From Oikopleura dioica (lineage: Eukaryota > Animalia > Chordata): a stretch of 64,000 bases of DNA. Both the position numbers and the translations under genes were made by a program. The DNA is taken from NCBI GenBank assembly GCA_907165135.1, contig OU015568.1, forward strand, positions 434,001 through 498,000. The letters are read 5' to 3'. Under the pieces are notes generated by a model that was not told where the DNA came from, did not search any database, and saw only the letters and a list, made by a program, of their open reading frames with translations. This document shows, piece after piece, positions 48,761-59,690 of this stretch (the first letter of the stretch is position 1; each line of letters starts with the position of its first letter).

Positions 48761-50173
48761 ATGAAAGCCTTAGTTCCCTTTTTCACTGGAATTTCCGCCA
48801 TTGGCTGGTCCCCGGATAAGTCTATCGGTGACCCAAAAGTCCAACCATTGGACTGCTACCACTGTACTTACAGAGAGAACTCCGATGGAACCACTTTTGG
48901 AAATGAAGCTTGTCAAGACGTTTCGGACCCAGAAAAGTCGAAACCGTTCAAGATCACCATCCCGAACCGATTTTACAACGTGACCGAGCCAACTCCCGTC
49001 GTCTATCGATACGACTGCGCCACCTACTGGATCACCGGAACTCGCTACGATAGTAAGCATTGATCCTCTTCAAAATGTCAGCGACAATTTAAAGCAACTG
49101 GATCCGGGGAGACGAAAAAGACGACCTTTACGGAGCTCAAACGGGACTTCATCATGATCCCAGATTACAACCCCCTCTTCGACTACGGAAAAACCGGCGC
49201 TCGTCAAGCGGAGCTAACGATCAAGGTAAAGATTCGAGGTTAAAAATGCCGCTTTGAGATTGATAAATAGATTGATGACACTCTTTGTGGAAGCCAACAA
49301 ATGGCAAATTGCTCGAAAGCTGCTACTTATCCCGACTCGCTTTTTGCTCTTGACTTGGAGGAGCCAAGGACTGGCTTGAATAAATTAATACAAAGTTTCG
49401 CTTATTCCCGGACAAAATGTCTAGCCCTGATCATAGAGACACCGGAAAGTGCTACAAATGCGAGGGAGCCGAGTACAAAGACAAGAACAACAAGTGGCAG
49501 CATCCACAAGCGCATGAAGAAGGATGTGCAAGTCTTAATACCGATCAGCCAGTCCGACCATGTGACGTAAGATCTTATCAATCTATCCGAAAAGACTGCT
49601 GACTCATAATTTTTTATTCTAAGGCGACTTGTGAAGTTTTGTTGATGAGTGTTATGCAAGGAAAGCATGAAGATCCGGTTCTACGATTCATTCAACGAGG
49701 CTGTCTGCCGACGAACATGGATGCTCATACAGTTGCTTATCTCGAAGTCGATAGTATGTTCAAATGCAAAAAATCCCTTCCGATTGAAATTATCAAAAAA
49801 AAAATAATGGCGACAAAATTTGCGAGGGCGGCTATTCGGCCGCTGATTGGCCGGTTCGACAAATACGAGCCTCTGATTGGTCCAAATATTATAGATATTA
49901 TAGAAATATTATAGATCCAAATATTATATATAAATGATTAGAGCGAATCATTTTCGGGTCGAAAAATTTTGAAAATATAATTTTTCAAATTTTTTTTTCG
50001 AGGGAGAGCATTTTTAATGCCTATTTATCATAATTCTAGAGAAGAACAAATACAATATGGAGACATGCTACGACAGCCTTTGCAATACTGGATGCACGAA
50101 GAAGGGATGCTCTGCTGCGGGAACTACAGTCATCTCTTTATTCTTACTGATTTCATCCCTCTTTCTTATCTAA
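48761..50173 (+). CDS. GPI-anchored Ly6/uPAR (three-finger)-like protein with two Cys modules
   Basis: Signal-like N-terminus; DCYHC and KCYKC module starts; last exon reads ETCYDSLCNTGC...AAGTTVISLFLLISSLFLI* (CN motif plus hydrophobic GPI-like tail). Confidence 0.6.
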
Positions 50174-50479
50174 AAAACAGAATAAACCTAGGCGTATTTC
50201 TAAATTTGGGTCTCTTGAAAACGGAAAGTTCGACTTTCAAAAGTCTGAAATTTCAAATAATTTTTCGATTTAAAACAGCTTTGGGGTGTCTCGTTACCAA
50301 TTTCGTTCTTGAATTTCGTTTCATAATGAGATAATGACTTTTGTTGTGCAATCAAGAAGTCATCCCTTCAATCCGTGGACAAAATAATGATTACACGCGT
50401 CCGCGGGGAGCGTAGATAAGATATAAATATATCCCCGCGCCGCTCGGCGAAAAATATTCAGTCTGAAGATAATTTAGAA

Positions 50480-51365
50480 ATGAAATTGTCAACTATTTTT
50501 TCCGCCATCAGGAGAGCTTTTTAACATCAGAGAATATACTTCAATAGCAACTTGGCTCTAGAATTAGGCCTTTTTTGCTTCAATTAAAAAGCTCCGAAAA
50601 GCGCCGTTTCCGCCACCGTCGGTAACACTGTCGATGACTGTACATTGGACCACTCCGTCCTTTCCGGCGACACCAGAATCTTCTCCGCCTTCAACCGAAA
50701 CAAGAAGGTCCCCCGCCCAGGCGCAGTTGGAGACGACTCGGCCAAGATCAAGTTCACTATTTACGGATCCGTCGACACGGATTACACTGGCTTCCTCCTT
50801 TTCTTTAAGCAAGACTGCGGCATTGACTTCCTCCGAGGTACGTAAAACCCACTCTTCATTCGCTCTTGACAAAATATTCAGCCCTCGAAGACGGCCGAGT
50901 AACCTGGGACATCCTTGACCGAGGAAACTACTACACTCCAGAATTTGTCTACCACCGAGTTGACAAGACACAAACCAATGTTGCTCTCCAATTCCGGTAA
51001 ATTTAAATGAAAACTTGGAGATATTTTATCAGTCAAAGTCGTTATTTTCCAGATTTTTAAAGACCACCTTTTTTCATGTCTGACTGTATCTCATTTAAGA
51101 CACGCTGGTGAGCCAGCATCCGGCACCGTCTGGGGCAACTCAAAGAAAGATATGTTCGCTCTTCAACTTCACGGTATAATCACCCTTCCCTCTTCCCAAA
51201 AGACCGTTTTCAGGACTCAAGAGCGTCAACTGGGGCAACTTCGACATGAACACTTGCCTTACCACCGGTATGGCCGGAAAAATGCCCGACGGTAAAATCC
51301 CCGCCGGCTCCTCTGTTGGCGACGACTTTTCCGCCTGCGCCGCCTGGGCCCGAAACATCTGGTAA
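50480..51365 (+). CDS. Small secreted protein, oikosin-like
   Basis: MKLSTIFSAI start; exons DDCTLDHSVLSGDTRIFSAF...KQDCGIDFLR and later, ending CAAWARNIW*; C-ending codon bias. Splicing of the first intron(s) unresolved. Confidence 0.55.
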
Positions 51366-51740
51366 ATCGCCGATTTTTGACCTGCTTTAATTCATTGAGC
51401 ATGAAAAAGAGACTAAAAAGATTAAGCCTGAAATAAAAAATACACAAAAATCGAATGAAAAACTCGTTTTTTTTTTTACAAAAAGACGCAGCCATGGCAG
51501 AATGTTTATTTTTCGGGACATAAAATAAAGAAAAAAGGGATGAGGAAGAAACCACTCGGCTGGGCAGGAGTTAAAGAACTTGAAAGGAATAAGGAACTAC
51601 CAGAGTTCTAGAGATAGAGAGGAGAAGATCTGTCGCGGGATTTTTACGAGGATTATCCGCAGAAGCGTTTCTAAATTATCAAAATCCCGTGTCCTAGGCG
51701 TTATCATCATAATACCAGCAAGTGCTTTTTTCTCTCTAAA

Positions 51741-52795
51741 TTACGAAAGATAAAGCCCACACGCAAAGCCGCCGCTGCTCAGGCGATCGAGACCGCGGAA
51801 GCAGGGAACTTGCGGGCGACGATATCGCGTTGTCGGCTCGGAGAAGTCAGACAAGTGCTTACGGATACGGTCGTGCGTCGGAGCTCTAAAATGACAGATA
51901 AGAAGAGGCAGTTGTGAAATGGGGCTTACGGGTTGAGGGACCAGCTCTTGAGCTTGTGGAATCCGACGTTGCTTGTTAGTCGACGATCCTTTTTGTTTTT
52001 CTAAATACAGCTTATTAATGTACCATCTGAGGGCTATTCTATTATAATGAGTCCATCCGACTTGCTCGTATACCTATTAATTTTTGATCGGACGAATCGT
52101 GATTACAAAAATTTTCATTATTTTAAAGAAAAGAGCCAATTATGGTTCTTCCACACATAAGAATTAGTCTGGAAGAATCTTCCAGGTAGATATCATTATC
52201 TTGACATTTTTGGTATTCATTTTTCTTTTCTAGGAATCTGGAATAAAATCAAATATTTTTCGAATATCAATCAAATCAATCTTGCGTAATCAAACAATTA
52301 TTTGCTTTTAATTTTCATAATACCCGTTTATTTCGCTTCTTTCTCTGCTAAAAACACATAAAATGTAGCATTTTATCATCAGTAGAAAGCATTTAACATT
52401 TTAAATTTGGCCTCACCTTATCCTTGTTTCGTCTTCTTCGTCTATTTTTCTTCTCTTTCTCCTTGCGTCTTCTTTCCTTCTTGCTTCTTCGATGTTTGCG
52501 GTCATGTCTCAGACTTCGACGGCTTCTGTCCACGAGGGAATCATCGTCTGCAAGATTTTCTGAGATTTCAAACTTCGTGATTTCTGGAATCTTTGAGATA
52601 GCATTCTGATCTTCCAAAACTATGTCTGTCAATGGCAGGCTTTCCAGGGCTAGAATTATCAATTTTTTCCGATTTTCTTTTAAAAAAATACTTTGAAAAT
52701 CTCTTCTATGATTTCAGTTAGGTTTTATTTGAGCCCAAGTTCCTGTTAGTAAAATGAAAAGTTGTTGTTAGGACGGCCAAATTGACGAATTTCAT
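51741..52795 (-). CDS. Prepropeptide with a C-terminal natriuretic-peptide-like disulfide ring; 4 exons (52795-52743, 52639-52417, 52000-51930, 51885-51741)
   Basis: Spliced translation MKFVNLAVLTTTFHFTNS-LPLTDIV...DRSRRSLRHDRKHRR...KDK|KNKKDRRLTSNVGFHKLKSWSLNP|APTHDRIRKHLSDFSEPTTRYRR-PQVPCFRGLDRLSSGGFACGLYLS*. Introns 2 and 3 are GT-AG and frame-consistent; intron 1 is modelled as GA-AG. Confidence 0.7.
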
Positions 52796-53024
52796 ATTTT
52801 GTTTCTCTTTTTTGGTTTTTCTTGTGTCTGTGATATGGGATAGGACTAGCGACTTCCGGATGCTGGGCTCTGTGTAAATTTGAACACCTTCCGATTTTCA
52901 CAAAACTTAGTTCTGGGTTTTCCCATTTTGAAACTTCACTGCAAAAATTTTTGAGAATAAAAGGGTCAAAAGTTTATTTTAGAGGAAATTTTAAGATATG
53001 AAATCTTCGTCTTTTTTCGAGAAT

Positions 53025-53181
53025 CTGCGCAGAAAACCTGAGTCAGGGTCCTGAAAAAGTCACATATAAAAATCTGAGGGTTAAAATTACTGAGCCGCTT
53101 CGCGGCTTTATTTTAGAAAAAGCCGCTACGCGGCTTTTCTTCAGAGCGGGCTTACTACCCTGACACAGGTTTTCTCCACAG
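53025..53181. repeat. Short foldback element, same family as 15998-16091
   Basis: AGAAAACCTGAGTCAGGG (53031-53048) versus CCCTGACACAGGTTTTCT (53158-53175), 17 of 18 complementary; a partial relative lies near 55670-55730. Confidence 0.6.
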
Positions 53182-53619
53182 GTTTTTTAGTCAAGATCTT
53201 TTGGTTGGTCATTAATCCCTCTCCTAGGGTTTCAAATTCGTGATGGCTCTCTTTCTTTTTTTTTCTCAAAATGGAAATGTACAGGGGCGATATTAAAGAC
53301 TCCAGTTGGAATCACTAGGATTTATTCAAGAATTGAAGTTCAATCTCTGCAGGAGATGGAGCTCCTGACAGCGTTGCGCGGGGACGTCACGATCACCCCC
53401 GCGGCGAATCTACGCCAGAGAACATAAAAAAGGCCACCGAGTCGATAGATCAAAAATCATGAATGGGAGCAACTTGCTTTCATGTTATCAAACACGTGAT
53501 TCGACGCAATCTTTCGATATATCGCAAATACTCATTTTCAACGAAATTATTTTCTGATGGAAATTAATATTTTATTTTAAACAGTAGAATATATTTTTCA
53601 TCAACTATGTTTCATTTCG

Positions 53620-54513
53620 TTATTGTATTATTGTCCACGTAATTGGTATTTTTGGAAAAGATCTCATGCGAGGTCTCCTTTTCCATTTATGTTCCCAGTC
53701 GTCTGTCAAGGCGCCGAAATACATGGTTATTGTGTCGTCGCGGCCAATCATAGTTTTTCCGTAAACATAAATTTTACTGCCGAATTCTTCCTCCTCCTCT
53801 TCTGTCGTCGACCAATGACGTAATTCATCTTTTGGGTCGGACGACTGCGCGAAAATCTCAAAATTTCTTTTTTCGGGAGATTTGAGAACAATTTTGTAGC
53901 GAAATTCGTTATAAAATTCTGTTTTTACACCTCTTATCCAGTCTAGGAGAGTTTCTGGGTCGTCGGGGCCGGTCCAAAGGACCCTTTCTATAATGAAGAA
54001 TTGAATGCTGAAGTCGTTATAAGTAATTGGGTATCGAAAAAGTTGATACACCTCTTCGTTATTTGTTTTGTAGAATTCTGCCGAGGTGAAATCGATTTTC
54101 AGATTGACGATCTTTCTTCCAGCGACAACTGCCTTCAGGAAGAGGTAAACATCTGATTCGTCGTTTGCGACTCGAGAATCAATTTAAAGGATGACAAAAA
54201 ATTGAGAGTGATAAAATTATCAATTTCTTAAATTTTGCCATCCATGTTCATAAGTATCTATTTTTTGAAGCATTTTCTTGTTTGATAGTTTTTCGAGATC
54301 GTCTTGAGTGAGATCATTTTTTTGTTGAAGTTCGAGCTGCTGAACTTTCTCTCGAAGAGATGCGATAGTATTCTCCAGTCTGACAATGTGGCTCATTGGG
54401 CGGTTTTGAACAGATACATCTGATTCTCGTGAATAAGAAACGCTGCTCTCTGAGATATAGGTTTGATCATCGCAAGTTTGAAAAGATTCAGCATCCTCAT
54501 TTTGTTCTGACAT
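53620..54513 (-). CDS. Lineage-specific protein: acidic N-terminus, coiled coil and unknown C-terminal domain
   Basis: ORFs 54220-54513 and 53620-54051 joinable across a short intron near 54185-54260. Confidence 0.45.
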
Positions 54514-54847
54514 ATTTGGTGAACTAACAGAAATTTAACTAAAGAAAACTGATCATGAAAACCATCATAATGGTCATAAAAATGTGTTTTATTGCCTATT
54601 TTTTCCTATTGATTCATAGAATGAATCAGAACGCGACAGAATATCAGCAGTTAGAAAAGACAAAGTTTCTAAACTTTTAGGTTTTTATCTATTTAGCCTA
54701 AAACAAAATTATCAGAATTTCAAAGAAAAATATAAAATCCGACAAAAAAGACAAAAAGTGCGCAGATTTTGAAGAGAAAGTAAATATTTTTGGAAATTTT
54801 TCGATTTCGGGGTATTCTTCGATCGTCTAAAAAGATAAACGTATTTT

Positions 54848-55561
54848 TTAATCGATGATTTGCTTGCAAACCTCGAAACAAAGACCATGTGCTTCCGGGA
54901 AGTTGTTAGTTTGTCGCTGAAACATGCCATCCTTTGAAATTCCACTGAACTTATAGGAGTTGACAAAAACTTCATTATCCGTATAAAACCCCAATATACT
55001 TTCAAACTTGGTGAATAAATCATCTCTCTCCAGTTTTCTCTTAAAATAATTTTCAATAATAAAATAACAAAGACTGAGAATCAAACATTCGTTTCGAATT
55101 CGTAAAGACTCGTGTCGCGGAGATATCCATTCATCCAGATGATATCCTGTGTGACTTCCGGTAAGATCTCGTGGAGAAAGGAAAGTGAGTGCGATTTACT
55201 TGGCCGGTACAGTTTTGAACCTTCATTTTTGCACTGAGCAACCGCCTCGCTAGAAATCGCAGTAATAAAGCTCTATGACTCATAGACTATGAAGCAGGCT
55301 TCCCCTTACTTATGTTACTTACAGTATTTTTCTCGGCCTTCTGTTCAGAATTTTTCCTATTTCTTTCGTTGTCAAATAATTATCGAATCTCAGACTCATC
55401 GGATCTTCCAGCTCCCAAATTCTACTCTCGTTTATATAATCTTTGTTCATGTATGTCTTCAAAGCAAACTTAGGGTCATCATGTTCGCAAAAGAAAGTTG
55501 CTTCTGTTCGATTGTCGCAGATTGAAAAGCCCATTTCGGTTCCATAAGCTTCACTACTCAA
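54848..55561 (-). CDS. Unknown multi-exon protein or degenerate gene
   Basis: ORFs 55319-55561 and 54848-55084 with protein-like composition; no motif recognised. Confidence 0.3.
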
Positions 55562-55743
55562 GTAAGAGCGATGAAGGCAGAGACCAAAGTCAATTCTTTA
55601 ATTTTGATTTTGGTCGAACAAGTAATACGAACAAATAAACCTTGGATTTTCATGTTCTTAACCCGGGCTCGAAAACCTGTATAGAAAATCTGAGTCATAA
55701 TCTGGAAAATTTTAAACGAAAAGCCGCAGAGTAGTTTTTTTAA

Positions 55744-56255
55744 AGGCCCCCGTCAACACTTTTCCTCAAAAAATGGAAATTTCAAAACAGCCGTATTTTC
55801 GCTTCTTAGTGTGCCCGAAAATTTTATACATTATGTAAACTCGTAGCAATTTTTGACCAATAAAAATCTAAAATTTTAGCAAAATTTGGACTTTTTCGTC
55901 ATTTTTCGTCGAAAAGCCAACTTTATAACGCAATTCTGAGGGTACAAGAGTCGAGATAGGACCCCTCTCCCCCGTCAACAACTTTCGAAAAATCAAATGT
56001 CGGAATTTTAAAATTTTGGCCCGGAAATGGATTCAACGGGCCAAAAACGATTTTGAGGCTCTATTTTTTGGGGGTTACCTCGACTCTAACATCCTCAAAA
56101 TCGCATTTGAAAATTGTACTTTTCGCCGAAAATTAATTTGCCCTTATTTTGGCAAAAATATTGATTTTCTTTTGTCAAAATTTACTCTTATCAAGTTTTT
56201 GAAGTAAGTTGAAGAACGCATTAAGAATCAAAAATGTGAGTCCATTTTTAATTTG
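55744..56255. mobile_element. Rearranged, diverged copy of the TTAA MITE family: inverted partial copy fused to a forward copy
   Basis: TTAA|AGGCCCCCGTCAAC start; 55744-55960 matches the reverse complement of ~30975-31205; 55959-56255 matches ~30867-31170. Confidence 0.7.
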
Positions 56256-56469
56256 CCAAAAAAACATTTTGCGAAATTTTATTTTTGCATAATTTCTTTT
56301 CCTTGAAATCTTTATTTTACAAAATATCTTTTTAAAAAAATTTTATTTTTGCGAAATTTTAAATTTACGAAAATCGGATTGTGCGGTTTTTTGGCAAGAA
56401 CTTTTTTTTCGCAAAAAAACAATTTAACATAAAAAAAATTATTTTCTAAAATAATAAGTTTCAACCTTA

Positions 56470-56560
56470 CAACTAACTAACTAACTAACTAACTAAACTA
56501 AACTAACTAAACAACCAAATTAACTAACTAAACAACTTACTAAACTAACTTACTAAACTT
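56470..56560 (+). repeat. (CTAA)n microsatellite, degenerating rightwards
   Basis: AACTAACTAACTAACTAACTAACTAAACTAAACTAAC... Confidence 0.9.
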
Positions 56561-56760
56561 AGTTAATACCTTCCTTATACTAATTTCTCTATTGTTTTAC
56601 ATATTATTTCTCACTAATCATCCATTTCTATACTATTCCTACTACTACTATCTCTTCTGTTATCTACTATATTGCGCGCGGAGCGCGCTCCCTGTATTAT
56701 GTTTTCGCGAAAACTTTTTCGCACTTTTTTTAAAATTTTTTGTACCCATGCTTTGGTTCC

Positions 56761-56781
56761 GGGTAGGGGGTGGGATGGGGG
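56761..56781 (+). other. G-quadruplex-forming motif
   Basis: GGG TA GGGGG T GGG AT GGGGG: four G-tracts with 1-2 nt loops. Confidence 0.7.
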
Positions 56782-57332
56782 TATTTTCATTTCTTCCTCT
56801 TAGCGTTTTCATCATTTTTTTTTCACTTATTATTTTGATTTTTCCAAATTTTTTTTTGGCTGTTTAATCTCTATGAATTTGAAGCTTAGATTCCTTCCTC
56901 TCATTATTTCACATATTATTCGTCTCTTTATTTCTGCAACTCTTCTACAGGTATTGCTTTGGATGAAAATGGACCGTGGAATCTTTGGCAGAAGTTTTCA
57001 CGGTTCATTTTTCCAAGCCATAGTTATTAATTATGTTATCTTTTACGGTCTGAATGTTACTGTCTTTGGCAGAAGTCAATAACATTCTCTGAACGTTTTA
57101 GATATTTTCACTTCGCTTATATTATTCCTTTTTCATTGGTGCTCCGCGGCCAATCATTGCGCTTCTCGCGGCTACGCGCCAACTTTGATTCTCTCTATTC
57201 TCCCGTGTAATTTCTTTATTACCTTGTTTGCTGTTTATTTTTTTTATTCTCATACTATATTCTGTGATGCTGTGCATTTTTCTCTCTGTTTTTTTGCATG
57301 TTTGTGTTAGTTGTTTTTTTCTCGTTTTTAGT

Positions 57333-59690
57333 ATGATTAGTCGGAATCCTTCGAAGGATGCTGTCGATATTTGGCTATGGATCAAAGATACCTGTCGGGT
57401 CTTGGTATATGACGATGATACCCTTTTTCTTGAACAGATGAATTATGCTTCATCATATTTATTAACCCAGGCGCGTTCTCACGGCCTGACGCCTCCACAA
57501 TCTTATACCACTGCCATTGTCTACGGTGCGTGCAATATCTCTCAGGTCTGTCATTTTGTTAATAATATTGCTGCGCCACATTGTATGGACCGTGTTATTA
57601 TCTCCTTTCCGTCCACTAAAGAATTTATGATTCTAAATGAGATGGAACTTCATAGTCCAACTCTTTCTTCACATTTTAATTCTGTTATGTTTCTTCCCAG
57701 TGGCTTAATCGATGTTTTGCCGCCGGTTGCCGATTTTCCACTGCCTCAGTTTACCGATTGGGAGTCAATTTGGAGTGCTATTCTCTCTAAAACTACCTCG
57801 CTTCATCGATCGATTTTTTCTGATTCCTATGCTAACTTATCTTCTAATGACCATTCCCCCGAATCTTTGTTCCGTAACTTTCTTTATGATGGGTGTCTCA
57901 ATCGTGATGCTCTTCTGAATCTTCTTAATAGCGGTGTTCTTGTTCATTCATCTCCTGATGACTTCCGTCTCACTGGCAATGCTGTGGCAATGGATTCTTC
58001 TGTGTGTGCCTCCTCTTCTATTGCATCAACTGGAAAGTCTGACCCCAGTTCTACATGTCTCATTATTCCTGGGAAGTCCTCTTACCAGTTGGTATGGCGT
58101 CCCAAACAGTCTCTGATGAAGCGCGACCATTCCCGTGAAGCGCGGATGGAGCCAAAAAGTTTTCCATCATTACATGTCTTTTCCAGTAAGGTTTACCCTT
58201 TATTGGATTTTATCTCGTTTCTATCAACCTCAACTCCTTCCTCGTCATCGATCGACCGCGCGCCTCATCTCTACACTGAAATTATGCCCAGGAAAATTGT
58301 TTCATCTCTTCTCGAGTTCACGCGTCCTGTTTGGTTTCGGAGGTGGAATAATTTTGACTTATGGAATCCTAAGTATTTTCTCACGCATATTAATGATGTT
58401 ACATTTCTACGTTTTTGGAAGTCGGCCTACGATACTTTTTCTCGGAAAACAAAAAATTTACTTCTCTTCCGCGGCTCCAACCTTCATGACGACCTTGAGC
58501 TCTGGTCCCTTATAAATACTCGTAATCGTAATGCTTCTCTCTTCAAAGATGAGTTTTTTCAACTCATTACGCGTCCGCCTTTGTCCGACTTCGTCAATGA
58601 GCCTCATCTTTCAACTTTTACATCCCTCCTGGCTCGTTTTCATACCCTCTCTGATACTGCTCACTCTTTTTCTCTTGACTCTTTGTTGAATGGCGCTGGT
58701 CCTTCTCATATACTTAATTCTGGTCCACTGTTATCCAATATTATTCCCTTTTCGTGCCTGCCTTCTTCCACACGATTCGGTTCTCTTTCTATGGAAGCTG
58801 TTCAGGAGGCATCTTCATTAGTCTTTACTCTCCCGCTTCGTGGGAACTCGCTATGGCAACCCTCTGGCTCTGACCCCCATGTATCTTTGAAATGCAAAAG
58901 TGGAAATTCCTACTGTTTTGGTACCGCTGTTACCTGTATTACACCAATAATTTCTGATTCGGCATTCGCTTGTAAATGTTCCTGCTCCCCCAATGCTTCT
59001 GGTGATGAGAATGTTGCTGTAAAGCTCGAGTGGTGGGTGTTATTTATCTATTTATCCTTATTTTCTTTCTAGCGACGAAAACTAGAGCTTTGGACGCCTC
59101 AATTTTTGTGTGCTACTTTCTCAAAGTCTTGTCAGTTATTATGTTTTCTTATTTTTGTGTTGAATTTACTATTTTTCACTCATATAGAGTTGTCCTAGGG
59201 TTTTTTTAGTATGGGTACTCAAAACCGGATTCAATCTGGCCCTATTGTCGTTCCTGCGGTTTCTTCGGGGCGCCTCGAAGTCGATCTCCAAATTCTATAT
59301 CATTCTACGAACATGGGCAATTATCAAATTGCGATGATGGACGATATTCTCCTCATTCTTGAGGATCCCATATATATTATGCATCTTGGCGATGAGTTGG
59401 GCCAGTCTTTGCGGGAGAAGCTTTTTGTATGTATCCCTTCGTGGGAATGTGTAATATTAATATTTGTCATAGACGTCTTTGTTTTAACTTGTTTATTTTT
59501 GCCCCTAGTTTATCTATGCTTTTAGTTCGATTGGCAACTTGTGAAGGACAATAATGCTGGCTTCTCCGATGTTCTCGTTCGTTGCGATGAAATTGTTTCT
59601 CAAATCAATTGGTCGTCCCTGTCCACCGATCTTGCTGGACAGGCCCAAGTTCGTGTTGCTGCTTATCAACACATGAAAGCCGGGCTCTAA
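57333..59690 (+). CDS. Large orphan gene, possibly a highly diverged KDM3/JMJD1-type JmjC protein
   Basis: ~570-codon first exon (ORF 57228-59072) plus short exons at ~59073-59125, 59210-59427 and 59527-59690 ending QAQVRVAAYQHMKAGL*; strong T-ending codon bias. The JmjC call is motif-level inference. Confidence 0.5.

Noticed and set aside
52020-52240. LMCGR as an insulin B-chain motif inside intron 2 of the NP-like gene
   Set aside because: No A-chain cysteine pattern follows, and the frame is incompatible with the phase-0 donor at 52416.
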